Shown here piece after piece: positions 13,051 to 26,727 of a stretch of DNA of 64,000 bases (position 1 is its first letter; the number at the start of each line of letters is the position of its first letter). The notes beneath the pieces are model-generated. The model had not been told where the DNA came from. It saw only the letters and a program-made list of their open reading frames with translations, and made no database searches. This DNA comes from Camelus ferus (taxonomy: Eukaryota): contig NC_045697.1 in the NCBI RefSeq assembly GCF_009834535.1, forward strand, positions 42,162,001 through 42,226,000. Direction: 5' to 3'. A program made the position numbers and the translations under genes.

Positions 13051-16000
13051 TCTTCCAACTTCCCCAAACCTAATTTAGAAACAGTCGTTAACATCACAAA
13101 ATTGGGGTTGGCTATCATGGACACCAGTCATACTATGCTTTGTTTCCAGCTTCAGATGAAACACTTTAAACACTATTCCTCATTACCAGTAATGACCCAA
13201 CCAGTAATGAGTTCTTAAATGGTAATAGTCAAGTCCAGCACATCTAATTTCAAGATTTTGAAACAGATAAATGAAAGACTGAAATTCACTTGCTGAAGCT
13301 CCATAGAAAAAACTGAAGCAAGGCAGCTACAACCACAAGGAAAGGCCAGATTTTATGAGGATCCTCTTGGAGAGGACACAATAGTTGCTGACAGACAATT
13401 CTGACATTTAATCGCCTGAAAATCAACTTGCTTTCTATATTCATGAGTGGCAGCAGATCAAGGATTAGGGCTTCAAGACCAGGTAGCAATCTCTGTGAAA
13501 ACCAGGAACAAGGAAAGTGGGCAGCAGGTGAGTCCAGACTCAAGTAGGCAAACATCCAAGAGCAGAAGGTGGCAAAAAGTTCAAAGTCCATGCAAACAAT
13601 TAGCACTCAGGAGAGCCTTACAGGTTGACTGAGCAGCTAGATGTGTGATGTCAAAAGAGCCAAGAAAGGAAAGGGCTATGTGGCATTGTAGGGGGCAGAA
13701 ACAAGCAGCAGAACAGACGCTCAGCCCCTGCCTGGGGAAGATGCTTTGACATTGGGACAGTTGGCCCTCTCCCCTTCACTCTGAAATTCTCAACATAAGC
13801 CTAGAAACGATTGTCTAGAGATGGAGTCCTTGAGGATACAAGACCACTGTGGCCAAGATATGTTCACATCAGGATGGAGACAGCAATCAAGCAGCATACA
13901 AGGGAAGAAGGTTTAGTAGGTACTGATCTTGGGAATAGCCAAGAAAGGGTTGTCACTAAAGGCCAAACCACCCGTCACAACATTCCAGCATTCTGGATCA
14001 AGGTGAACAACATTCCCCATTGAATAGCAGACAACAACTGATAACATCAAGCCTTTTCTTATTTTAAGCCTCCCCAGCAGGTCCCAGTCACAAAGGGAAA
14101 GATGATCTCCAGTGGCCACGTGGCCAAAAGGCAGCTGGGCAGTGAGAGGGAAGGAGACTAGCACAGCGGGCTGCACACGTGTTCCAGCCTAAGGAAGGTT
14201 CTGTGGTAAACGCTGCTCTAAGACGTGGAAGATTTTAGCTTGGATTATGTCTTTTTCTTTTGCTGGTATCCTTCGAATTGGAAAACTTTAGTTTCCTGCT
14301 GGAACCCCTAAAAGAAAGGAAAGAATTGTCCTTGAACTGTAATGTGTTCTTCATGACTTATAACCCCCTTGACATGTACTTAATCTGTAAAATTATCTTC
14401 CCTCTCCTCCTGTACCAGACAGCGCCACCGTGGGCAAGACACTCAGTGAGACGTTAGGTTTCAGTGCTGTTGTTTATTAACATTTTAGTTTACCTGCTAT
14501 TTAATAACATCTTGAGAGTGAAGATCTAACGATGCCCTACTTTGCTAACTAAAGTGACTATGAGAAGGGATTTGTGTCGCAGGAGTGGGCTGGAGAAAGT
14601 AGCGGCGTGACACGGAATAAAGTGGCAGGAGCAATACACAAGAAGACGACGTCAACCAGGAAAACGTCAGGGTCTGACTGAACTGTAGTCCCCTCTGTCA
14701 GAGCTTCTCCTCCCAGGAGCTTTTCTTTGCTCCTGTGCTGGGGTGGAGCAGTGTGTGTTTTGTACAAAGGGCCAGTCCATTCACACAAAGTTAACTTTTG
14801 TCTCAACAAGACTAACACAAGCTCCTTAAAGACAACAAGATGGATATGTTTGTCCTGGAAGCCCCCACGTGCCCCACACGATGATGAGTCCACACAACTA
14901 GAAGTGCGTATTTGGCTCTCTGATGTTAATTTGTGAGCTGATTAATGTCATCCATGAGTGTATTAGCGCCTGGGAATGGGAGAGACGGGTATATAATTCT
15001 TATGACGTTCTATGAAATAGACAGGACCTTAAAGTTAAGACATGCTGTAGTGGGCAGTGTGACCAAATAATGGCAACACAGAAATGTAGGTAAAAGTAAA
15101 TCACTGAGTTAAGCTGGTGACCCTTAGAAGGGAAGAAACTGGGAAGGGAGGAACAGAGCTGATGACTTATTTTCTCCCAGGGAATTAAGAGGTTTCCATT
15201 TCTCCTAGGGAGGCAGGCCATTTGGAACAGCACAAGGTTCCAAGTTCAGGAGTGCTGGGGTAAGAAGTTAGATGGTGGGGAAGTGAGGTGTGGGTGAACC
15301 GACAGTACAGAATCACACAGGAGAGCCAGGACCGACTTGAGATCACACTGGAGCAGGTCAGGCTGCTGGGAATTTGGCAAAGCCAGAGCACCAAGTGGGG
15401 CAGTGAGAAGCAAGGACACTGCCAGAAGCCAACAGGGAGGAAACAATGCCAGTAGTCCAGTGAAGTCATTATTTTTGTAAAATCTTGACTATGAATACAA
15501 AGTGGTTGGTGGCTTATATGTTGTGAAACAACAATCTAGACATTTTCCTATTGTCTCAAGTGGTCAAAGTTTCCCAGAGCCTTCCCAGGTTAGGCTTTGA
15601 CAGGTCCCCAAGAACTTTTCTAGCTAATGATAGAAAAACATTCATTTGCCTCCTAACCCCCAACCTCCCCTGTGTTTCTTCTCACTGTGCCTCAGCCCTT
15701 ACTTCTAAGAACAATGTTACTCTTGCGAGCCCAGCCTGAGGGGGAAGTATGCATAGCATACAATTCCTTCAGATTCCTTGTCAGAAACTAGAATCTTAGG
15801 CTCCTGAAAGTCCTAAAATCAGTTTTTCCCTAAAATGATGTCCCTGAAATTCTGTTGTTAGTTTATTCCACAACTAGGGATCCAAATTGCCTGAAGGCTT
15901 TAAAGATCATTATTTGAAACACATTGTATTTCTTCAATATCTTTAAAATGTTTAATTAAAACGTTGGTTATCATGAAAAATATAGGACTTTAGTTTCATG

Positions 16001-18099
16001 TCTTTCTACAGTTCAAGTCATATTTATTTACTTTCCCTTTGTTTCTTCTTGTTACATGTCAGTTTTCTGTTCAAGTCATTTTCCTTTATTTCAAGAAGCA
16101 GATACTACTCTCTCTCTCTTCCTCTCTGTCTCATCCTATTTGCATTATTCTGAACAAGGAATGTTGATGAATAAGAGAAAAAAAAACCTCAGAGTATTTA
16201 TTGAAACATTTAAAAATCTGGATAAAGGTCACTCTAATTCCAAATAAAATCTATGAGAAGACAAAAAATAGTACACAAAGTAGAAAGATAAGCGATCTTT
16301 GTTTATAATATATTTTTAAATAATCAGGCGGCAGATATTATTTATAAGGAATTATAGGAAGAAAATACCACATGAACTCACTTTCTTCCCCATCAGTCAT
16401 ACTGATGAGCATGTCAGGCTATGAGAGGCCGTGTCTGAAAGCAGGTTTTTAGTCTAGCTTTTCAGGGACTCAAAGACTGAAATTGATCACATTAAAAAAA
16501 ATCAGCACCACATTTCTAAGAATATTATTGACAAAACATACTAGAACAGATATATAAGATCTAATAAATTAAATGCTAAACAGATTTTTAAAGATCACAC
16601 GAAACTAATGAAAAGGGGAATTCTAGGTAAGCCTGAATTTCATAGACTTCGATGTCAGTTAATAATATAACCTTTGCTATTACAGAAGAAAGAATATTAA
16701 AAAACAATAATTCTTTTTTAGAAAAGCTAATATCAAAACAATTTGACACTATAGTTTGAAATGATTGTTTTAGTATCTGGGTAAACAGAGGAGTGGAATA
16801 TTTGAACACACTGACATACAGAAATCCGAAGAAACAGAACTGTTTCTTAGAATCAGTTTTCTGTGATGATTAAAATTCACGGAGCCAGGATGGCTCTGAC
16901 TGAAACCGACTCAGGACTACGGCTGTTTGTTCTCACTCACCCCGTTAGTAAGAAGAGAGAGTGAGGCAGTACAGCTGTTATTCTGCACTTTGGGGATTGC
17001 TGGTATTGGCAGTCAGTCACGCCTGGATCCACTGCAGTTCACATCTTCCTCCTTTTGACTTGCTTTACAATCACTGTCTGGAATATATGTATATGGTGCG
17101 AAACCAGTATGTGAAAAAGATCACTGAAAGCATTTGCTCTGTTTGGAGAACCCTGACATTTAGAAAGAATAGTGCTTCATTACTCACAAAGAAAGATCTG
17201 GCCAGTGGCGCTCCTGCTCTGTCAGCCATTCTTTAATATTTTCATTTACCTGCTCAGCAAAGGGAAAGCCTGGGAAGCCAGCATCCCTGACGAAATGTTT
17301 CTTTCATTTCCTAGATCAAGGGCATAGGACTTCTGAATACATCTCACACTATAGCTCTCGAATGAGTGTACCCTGGCCATACCTCTCTAAATGGAGCAGT
17401 TCATTGGTCTAAGGAATATCTTAGAACATAAGAGGCAATCCAGGATTATAAACTAAAATATGTTTGAAAGAATGGAATTTTGGTTTTCTCTCAGGCATGT
17501 AACTTAGAACACCAGCATTTTGGAGATTTATTCAAAATGCATGGACAGGAGACCCTCTTCAACCAAGTGTTACTCACGCCCTCTCAGAGGCTTGGATGAG
17601 AGAAATGTCTTCTCCGCTTGCTTGGAGATCTCAAGTTCATCACCGAGATTTCAGAAATTAACAGCAGAAGGGCTACTCCAGCATGAAAGCCTGTATTATG
17701 TTCCTGATCACTCACTGAGAGGCTTAGCAAATATTATTTAACATACAATATTGACCTGAGTATTTCTCAACCTACAGGAGATTAGAAGTGGCAAGTTAAA
17801 AGGTGAGATCAAAGCAGAAGGAACGAGGAATAAGGAGATTCAGAAAAGTTATCTGAGGAAGATTAAAAAAAGAAACAATAGCTCTAGGCCTTATTTTATT
17901 GCTGTAACTAAACAAGTAAAACTTACACTAAATAGTATTACTGCACCAGATTATAACTTGTTTGTGATGTAACAGAAACATTGAAAATTACAGGATTTTC
18001 CTCTTAAGTCAGAAAGCTGTCTTTATAATGGATAAAATGGGAAAGGAGCGGGAGAGGAAAAAGCCCTAAGTATTTGGAAGATGATCTGATGTTAAGCAT

Positions 18100-18245
18100 C
18101 GGAATATTGAATATTCTTCTCTGTGATGGCTTACTTGCTATGTGTGAGCCTGGACAAGTAACTTCTCTACACCTTGGTCTTCTCACCCTAAAATTAGGGC
18201 GTTAGAATACTCAGGTTCCTTTTAGTTCCAAAACTTTTCAGTGGC
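18100..18245 (+). mobile_element. MIR/MIR3 SINE
   Basis: cttacttgctatgtgtgagcctggacaagtaacttctctacaccttggtcttctcaccctaaaattaggg is the MIR core in sense. Confidence 0.7.
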
Positions 18246-21194
18246 ATGATTTTCCTTCTGATAGCCAATTTCATCATCAAATCGCTTCTTAACACACTGC
18301 CACTTTGAGTAGAACAGATCAGACACAGTCTAGAACAAAAACCCACCTGAGCCCTGATCTAATGTCGTTGCCTTCTGGAAGAATCCTGACTAATTGTTTC
18401 AACTGAAGTCTCCTGTCATTAGTTCTTTATCTGCCGTGAAATATATGTAAACAGCCTAAAAACAGCTCAAAAGAGATATGTAACAGTATCAAAGAAAGGG
18501 AAGATAAAAAAGGCAGCTTGTATATAAGCCTGAAACACATTGAAAGGGTGCACTAGCAGAAAGCAAAAGCCATTTAAAGGGTGAACAAGAGAGATAAAGA
18601 CGTTGTGTGTCTGAGAATTCTGTGGTACAATCACAGTGGTAAGTTACTCCTTAGAATCCTACTGGTTCTCTGTTCTCAGGGGAAGGGAGAATGGCTTTAT
18701 TTTTCTGATACATAAAGTTGGTGTGGTTATTTATGTAGTTCTTAGCAAAAACAAAGTTCTGTGGCCAAACCAGCTGCCCTGTGTGTTACTATGACCTGAA
18801 AATATTACCAAAGATTCTTCTTGAGACTGAGGGTTTGCCCCCATCTACAAGGCTAGGGCTTAAAACCTTAGAACAGTGAGGGGGAAACATGCCCAAGAAA
18901 AATGCCAGTAGAGAAATGAAAAACAAAATCAGTAAATTGAGATCGATTCAGTGAAATAAGAATAACTTTACAAATGGGAAAGATGTAGGCTGGATCTGAA
19001 TGACAAGCACATATTTTCTCTCAAAAGTCAGTGAAGGGTTGGAGCTTGTGTAATAAAGAGAACTTTACTTGACAAGGAAAACTGAAGCAAAGCCAAGGAA
19101 TTATAAAACAGATCCAAATGATCAGGTTCTGTAGGCAGGCAAGAAAGCAGGAGGGAAGTTACACAATGGAGGGGCCCAGAAACCCAATGCAGCATTGCAG
19201 AATTGATGTAGGTATCAAGAATTAACAAAGATTCTTGGAGAGGTGAATCTGAAGACAGAAGGGCTATGAGAAGAAACTGTGATCTGAGAATCTAAAATGA
19301 TTTATCAGAGATGGAAGAGAAGAGCTGATACAGGAAAATTTGAGTCAAGACACTTGATTGAGAAAGTGTACTTTAAAAAATATTAAGATGGGTCTCTTGC
19401 TTGAGAAGCCAAGTATGAAGAGATGTTATTAAAAGAAGTCAGGCTCCAAAGGGGAAGTGGAAAGGGGGAGAAAAGCCCTCTGTCTGACTATAATCCTGAG
19501 TGTCTGTTATGATCGCCTGAATGACAAAACGGTGGTCTGGAAGACATTACAGTTTTACTGCTCTGTTCCCAATTCCTTCTGAAGACAATTTTCTGTCTAT
19601 ACAGCTATTAACCTATCTCCTCTCTTTAGGAACAGGAATGAGACAGAGTACAGCTGCACAAGGTATTAGGTCCCTCCAGGAACGTGCGGGAGAGGAAGGG
19701 TGGGACCTCTCCTCTGACAGATGATGGTCAGCGCATCACAAGATCAACACACCTGGAGGTGGGTGATTTTCTCTAAAACCAGGATACCCACCCCTGTGAT
19801 GTTTACGGTCAAAATCTGTTCCTACTAAGATCAAGGAAACCCTGACAATTGACTGCCATAGCACCATGGTTGTTACATGTCCCTTTTTTGGATGCTGACA
19901 GTCACAGCCCCTAGTCTGCAGCAGCCCAGAATTTTACTCAATGAAATGGATGTGTCACCATAAGAAACACTAATCTAATGATAGTACACAGTCAAGCTCC
20001 AGGCTATGCCAGTTTTTATCATGATGGATGATGAAATAAAAACAACCACCTAAAGAAATGGTGATATATTTGAGAAGGGGAAAAATTGCGACCCGGAGTG
20101 ATCTTCACTGCGGGAATAAACATTTCAGGCATGATAAAATTTTAATATGATAATGCTGACAGATTAAAAAAAGGTTAGAGAACTCAAGATAATTAAGTTA
20201 TGAGAATGTTATCTGATCCATATTTCAGAATTCCCAGGCCCTTTGCTCAGCTTTCTGCAGCCAACATCGAAAGGGCAGTCGTTCAACTATCTGTCAGGAC
20301 TCATCCTGAAAAGACACTGGGAAAAATGAAAACATGAGCAGAGGATTGTGTGCAAAGCTTTTTTTTTTTTTTTAGGTGGATTAGTGAGGGAAAGCGGTTG
20401 CTGATTTAGCATTCTCTGGGATTCTAATAATATCCCCTCGATCCTGGAGACCACATTAGCTGGTTTTGGAACTTACCGAACAGAAAGCAAATTTTCTTTT
20501 CTAAAATAGATCTGACCAGCAGGCCCGTAGGTTCATCGATCCATGAACACTGTCGCTCCAGGGAGCCTCCTTAGATTCTCATTAAACTTCTATCTGTGAC
20601 TCCCCGTCCTCCTCTAAAGGCAGCTCAGACCAACCCTCCTTGAACCTTGGTCAGTTGGACACTCCACTTACTTGTCCAAAGTATAGTAAACACACCTCAA
20701 AATCAGCTCTTTCCTGTGAACCTTCCCATTGTTTTTTATTCAAAATGGGGTGTCTGCACTGTGTTCCCCTAGGTCTTTTTTTTTTTTTTTTTCCCAGAGG
20801 AATCCTCAGTCCCTCAGGCAAATAGATACAAGAGATAGCCCTTACTAGTCTCCTGGACATGCTGAGACACAACCTAAGTTCCAGGGAAACAACTCAGTGT
20901 AGTCTCCAACCAGAGCTTCTGCTGGACTTGCATTTCAGTAACTTGTGTATTAATTACACAGCATCAAGTACGTTACAACTTGAAGCCTTGGCCTCAGGAA
21001 AAGTAGGCTACAGTCCAGCTTTGGTTGGGCTATACCTCCCAGTGACTGCAATTATCTTCCAGAATGATGGTAATCATGCAAAGAATTTAAAAGTTAATTT
21101 TAATTTAATTGACTTTTAAAATAAATATGTATTAGACAGCAATTAAAGAGAAAACAGAGCTCACTTTAAAATAAAGCCTTTTTCTCTCAGTGAC

Positions 21195-21365
21195 CTGACA
21201 CTTATTTAGTGTATCCAATAGCCCAGGTAATAGGTTGAGCATTTTACAAGATTTTGTCATATAAACCCTCACAACAAACCCTATGAGACAAGTACCATGA
21301 TTATCCCCATTTTATAGATAAGCAAACTGAGGCTCAATATGATTAAGCAACAAGGTCACAGTTGT
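21195..21365 (-). mobile_element. MIR SINE
   Basis: cctcacaacaaaccctatgag...attatccccattttatagataagcaaactgaggctca is a near-canonical antisense MIR core. Confidence 0.85.
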
Positions 21366-21689
21366 TCATTGCAGGAAATTTAGGAACTCTCACAGGGAAA
21401 ATGGAATTCACCCCAAATTCTACCTCCCAAACTCAACCTCTGGGAACAATTTGATGTATTTATATATCTAAAAAACAAATCTATAGGAGCAACTTGTTAT
21501 ATTATCTGTCTCTTCCTCAACAACATATTTGAACGGCTCACATCATTTTTACTTACTGGTACCGCATTCTACAGCTATACTATAAAGTATTTATAGTTTC
21601 CTGTTGTTGGACATTTAGGATGCTCATAGAATTTTAAAAGCACAGAAGCAGAGGGTCTGTGTTTAATTTTAGATGTACCAAAACCTGTG

Positions 21690-21850
21690 GTATACTTGAA
21701 AATATGTGGCTTTGACAGAAGGGTTCCCTATAAACCTTGATGTGATATCTTGGTCAAGTCATTTAACCACTTGATATCTGTTTCCTTGTCTGTAAAAGGA
21801 GATTATTGCTTACTCTTCTCAGTTATTGAAAAGATTACAGATAACCACTG
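21690..21850 (+). mobile_element. MIR SINE
   Basis: gtgatatcttggtcaagtcatttaaccacttgatatctgtttccttgtctgtaaaaggagattatt. Confidence 0.65.
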
Positions 21851-22389
21851 ACCGAGTGTCTGATGGAGACTGTGTTCACCACTCCGTCCTCATCACTAAG
21901 TGTGTTTCTGCTGACTTTACCTCTCCAGGCCTACAAGAGGGTTTTATTAACTGATCTCTAAGGACTAATTACTTGATTATCGGGGAGGTAAGGCTCTGTG
22001 ATTTTAAGTTTCTGTTCAGAGACTTTAGAAATCAGTCTGATGATGTTCAAGTAAAACTTAGAAAGATTCATCGACAGCTCACAGGCAGACTCAGGTCTTC
22101 TAACCCCTTTCTAGTGGTGCCCCCACTGATACACTTTTCCCTTCGAGGTGTGTATAGCAACAGTCAGTGGTGCACTGTTGACCACTTCTGTGAGTGGCCT
22201 GTTGATATACTGGTGTCAGCACCTGCAGCACTGTGATGTGCTGCCATATACGTCCCAGGTCACATGGTTCTTACAATAGTTAAAGGGGCAACATTTTCAA
22301 AGGAATCACGAACAGTAGGTAATACAGTTGATTCAAGAGTATCCATCTTGTGATGATTTCCAATCTTCCTCTGTTCCATTGTGATGTGC

Positions 22390-22462
22390 TGTAAACTGAC
22401 TATACTTCAATAAAAATATGTATATACAGAAAAAAGAAAAAGAAAAAGAAAAAGAAAAGAAA
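22390..22462 (+). mobile_element. extremely 5'-truncated young L1 tail with A-rich (GAAAAA)n tail
   Basis: tgtaaactgactatacttcaataaa is nearly identical to the terminus of the L1 at 52881-52905 (tgtaaactgactacacttcaataaa) and is followed by a degenerate poly-A. Confidence 0.8.
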
Positions 22463-24229
22463 GAGATGAAGTTAAACTGAGTGCTGAAGTTACAGCTGCT
22501 CTGCCAGGACTCTGTTTCGCCTGGACTCCCACCTGTGGGACACTGTTTAAGTGTTAAATCCATCACTCACATGGGTCGGGGCAGGGAGAAGGTAGAGAAC
22601 TGGGAGGTGAGAGAGTACTGGACTGTGGCAAACCTTGAGTTTAATAGCAAACAGCTTGATTCTGTTCCATGAGCAGAGACCTGGACTGTCCAGGCACTTC
22701 TGGCTCCCTCAGGAAAGCAGCATGGTGACTCTGCGGAGGTTACAGACAGACCAGTGTGCATCTATTACCCACGAGAGAGAGAGTCCAAGGAGCCTATGGC
22801 TCATCACAGGGCTTGCTTCCCAGATAAAGGCCAGCACATTTACAGCAGTATCTTGGAACTCAAAATATCTTTAGCTGGTTGTCATTTTACTTATTTTTAA
22901 TAAAAACTTGTTAACAGTTTGAATGGAAAATACTGCAGACTTCAAATGGTTGATTAGGCCCTTAGGCGAAGATCATGGTTTTCAGACAGCTGCAAGATGA
23001 CAGAAATGAGGAAGTGAATACATGGCCGTTTATTTTTGCAAATTAGTGATCTTTCTGGACCTGAGGATTGAGGATAAAAAATGATCAAAAATCAGTATTC
23101 CCAGGCTACAAACAAGCCACTTTTATTGGTAAAAGGGACTTGTTGATGACAGGAAAAGGGTGGATTTTCTGAAGCCTCCTTAGAGTAGACAGCAGTCTGG
23201 AGTTTATAAGGATGGCAGTGTGCAGTGTAGGAAAGTGAAGAAAAAAAAAAAAAAACCCGACTCACACCTGCAGTTTGTTTCCTGTAACCCCGGAAGAAAG
23301 GTGTAGCACAGTTTAATGAAATCATGTTCCATGCCAGAAGAATGTGTTTGCAAAGTTGATGAAAATCTGATGGGCATTTTGCCTGAAAGACTGTAAGGAA
23401 ATGAACAAATGTTTCCACTGTGATTATCAAATCAGCAAAGCTTTAACTGTGGTTCACAGAGGAGGAATCTACAGAATATTGACACAATTGGTAATTTGTA
23501 AGGTATTGCATTAAATCAATCATCCTCCAGGATAAATACCTCAAAATAACACTAGACTTTCAATTTAAAAAATAAGTTATCAAAGAAGAGAAATTCTGTC
23601 TTATACAGCACCAGTGCCATTTTTATGTGGGTTTCTGTGTTTTGTTAAAGTCTAAATCTAATCCCTCCCTACTTTTTGGGTTCCGTTTTGCCAGTAAGTC
23701 TGGGGAAAATTATGAGCAGACTAAGTTCTGCTAATAGATTTTCCCTGTCATCATTCTATTCCCTAGTGCCATTTATTTATTAATATGCTTAGCACAGATT
23801 TCCTGAATAACCTTTATGTTGCACTGGGAATACTCAGAGATGCTAAGATTTGGTACATGTTCTCAAAGAGTTTACTCTTATCTCCCTTGAAATTACTCTC
23901 TTCCTTCAAATATCCTTCTTAGATTCATTTTGCTCTCAGACCATCACACATTTCTCACTGAAGTATCACTTGAATTACGTAAGATGTATGTGAGTGATGA
24001 CAGCCCATCACTGTGACTGAAGCGTAGTAGGTGCTCAGTAAACATGTCTCTTCTTCCTAGGCAGTAAGGTATCAGCCTAAGGTGTGACCAATACAAAGGA
24101 TATTTTTATCTTACTAAAGTCTTTTAAATACCCAAGAGGATGAAAACAGTAACATGAGACGGCAAATGGGAAGGAAAATATTTAGAACAAGGGATTAAAT
24201 ACTCTGGATGTCCTTTCCAGGCTCATTTA

Positions 24230-24577
24230 CTAGCCAACGTACACATTCCAGCTGTAGTGAGTCTGACTGCTTTGGCTCACAACTGCCTGTCTTCTCCAGA
24301 GAATTGTCTTTATTCAAAATCTGACTGTGGCTGGCGTATAAAAGGCTGTCCCCTCACCCAACGTGGGACAAACTCTGTGGTGTCACTGATGCTCCTGAGC
24401 TCCCTATGGATCGGACTGAGGCTAGAGTTCTCCCGAGAGCACATCATCGCCGAGTTTCCTGTACCGCCCAGGCTGACTTCCCTCGCTCTCTGCCTGCCGT
24501 GAGCACGCCCTCACTAACTCGTGAGCACCCTAGTCCCCAGCTCAGGCTCTGCTGCTGGGGAACATGACCCAAGGCCA
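24230..24577 (+). mobile_element. ERVL solo LTR, LTR16A-like
   Basis: tgggacaaactctgtgg...gagctccctatggatcggactgaggctagagttctcc...ctcaggctctgctgctggggaacatgacccaaggc follows the recalled LTR16A 3' half; 5' boundary uncertain. Confidence 0.7.
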
Positions 24578-24638
24578 CCCCTCAAGTGAGCCTGTGTAGC
24601 CAGTAATCTACAGGGTTATGTTCTTCCCGCTGTAATAT

Positions 24639-24659
24639 CAACAACAACAACAACAACAA
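24639..24659 (+). repeat. (CAA)7 microsatellite
   Basis: Seen directly. Confidence 0.9.
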
Positions 24660-25164
24660 AATAACAATGTGTGAGTCTTGAGCAAGGTTATCCAATTGCT
24701 TAAGAAATCCAAGACATTTATTATAAAACTACTCTCATGGTGAACCAAAATGTCAACCTCATAATAATGTTAAAGCAGTTTCTGATTTTTAAATACCCTA
24801 ATAAACAATAAAAAGACTCTTTCTTTTGTTAGCAATATTATAAAATTATTTTCATCATTTAATTCTATGAGAAATCATGATTAAGCCAGGGATTTAAAAA
24901 CAAGTGAAGAAATAAAACAGTAATAATAATAAGATTTTGCTCCTAGGATAATTTGAAATGGCTTTCCTCATTTTATACCCTGACACTGAAACACAGGCAA
25001 TGCTTACCAAGGGTTACAGGAGTCTTCTGTTATGTTGTCTCATCATCATTCATTTTATAGTGTTTTACGTTTAAGTACATTATTTCCATTGATTTTCATA
25101 ATAACCCCAGGATGTAAAAGTATTAGATACTTTTCTTTCTAATCACTTGAGGGTACTGAAACCC

Positions 25165-25877
25165 AAATAATCTATCAACTCTGATAGCCCATTAGAATCA
25201 CCAAGGGGAGCTTTTAAAAAATATGGAGGTCTACAAGACATGGAAGTAACCTAAATTCCATCAACAGATGAATGGATAAAGAAAATGTGGTATATATATA
25301 TATACACATACACAACAGAATATTAGTCGGCCATAAAAAAGAATGAAATATTGCCATTTGCAGCAGCATGGATGGACCTAGAGATTATCATACTAAATAA
25401 AGTAAGTCAGACAGAGAAAGACAAATATTATATGATATCATTTATACATGGAATCTAAAGAAAAAAATACAAATCAACTTATTTACAAAACAGAAACAGA
25501 CTCACAGACATAGAAAACAAACAGGGTTACCAAAGGGGAAAGGGGAAGGAGAGGGGTAAATTAGGAATATGAGGTTAACAGATACACACCACTATGTATA
25601 AAACCGATGGGCTTCTGTATAGAGCAGGGAATTCTGTTCAGTATCTTATAATAATCTATATGGAGAAGAACTTGAAGCTATACACCCTAAACTAACACAA
25701 TATTATATAATCAACTACAGTTAAATAATAAAAAGACTTAAAAAATATGGAGACCTAGATTCGATGCTAAACTATTTAAACCCAAACCTGGGGTAATGAT
25801 ACTTTATGGGGACCTCAGTAATCATATTTTAAAGCTTTTGGATGTTTCTAATGGGTCACCTAGTTGAGAAACAACAG
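25165..25877. mobile_element. MER5-type hAT-Charlie MITE interrupted by L1 (pieces about 25165-25228 and 25753-25877)
   Basis: cattagaatcaccaaggggagcttttaaaaaata on the left and ttttaaagcttttggatgtttctaatgggtcacctagttgagaaac on the right are the two MER5 arms. Confidence 0.7.
25229..25737 (+). mobile_element. L1 3' end (ORF2 tail plus 3' UTR), cetartiodactyl type, with TSD
   Basis: caacagatgaatggataaagaaaatgtggtat, gccatttgcagcagcatggatggacctagag and the 3' UTR; flanked by ttaaaaaatatggag at 25214-25228 and 25738-25752. Confidence 0.92.
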
Positions 25878-26727
25878 GTTAAGTAACGTGGGTATCTCTC
25901 TCCAGCACACAGCTGGGAGTTCTAGAGTCACATCTGAACTCAGGTTTCCTCAGCCCCATAGGACTTCCTTCCAATGGTCCCACTTCACTGGATGTTCTAA
26001 ATTTTAACTGGAATTAAAGAATGTGAGCTAAGACTGTTTGCATTCTAGAGGGAAGCAAAAGACATGAAAAAAATATCAAAACAGTTTTGACTTTGAATAG
26101 ATCTTCACAAAGCAGTTTTCGATAGGTAAAACATTTAGAAATCTGTAAATGAAATTTCCTTTCCAAACATAATGACAGAAACTGCTCAGCAAAGCATGAA
26201 AGTTTGGCTGTTCCCCCAAGTGTTCATAAAACACAGCAGTCGAGTTTCTTTTGCCTAACACAACCCACGAAGATAGCACTTAATTCTCAGAAGACAACAG
26301 GACAATAGAGAAAAATGTCCACTAATTGATAAAGAACTATCTCACTGGTGTCATCAGTTAGACATCTGACCACTTTTCCTATGAAATAATATTGAATTTA
26401 TATTAATATCAAACTTAGTCTATAGTGACTTTTTATTGACCGCTTAGAAGTCAATGGTGAGAAATCCAGTGTGTAAAACTAGGATTTTAAAACTGTTCAT
26501 GGAGTTGATGTGTCCTACTAGGCACAGTGAATGTGCGTGTTGGTCAGGGACAGAGGGAATGGAAGGGTGTTGAACTCTGGGAACCGGAGAAAATACTGAA
26601 CCCCAGCATCCTATTGGACTCAGACAGGACTGGCTCCTTGCTAGAAGCAGAATCCTTCTCTCGCCTCCAGCCTGGCTGAAAGGAGATCTGAGCCCCAGCC
26701 GATACCTACAGTCCCCAGTCCTCTACA

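Larger units (their letters stand above)
25050..25960 (-). mobile_element. MIR SINE split by MER5 and L1 insertions (pieces about 25050-25165 and 25878-25960)
   Basis: Left piece ends tgagggtactgaaacccaaa; right piece resumes gttaagtaac...cacacagctgggagttctagagtcacatctgaactcaggt, colinear with antisense MIR. Confidence 0.6.

Noticed and set aside
13180..13211. tcattac-ca-gtaatga inverted repeat plus accagtaatga direct repeat
   Set aside because: Short enough to arise by chance or local slippage.
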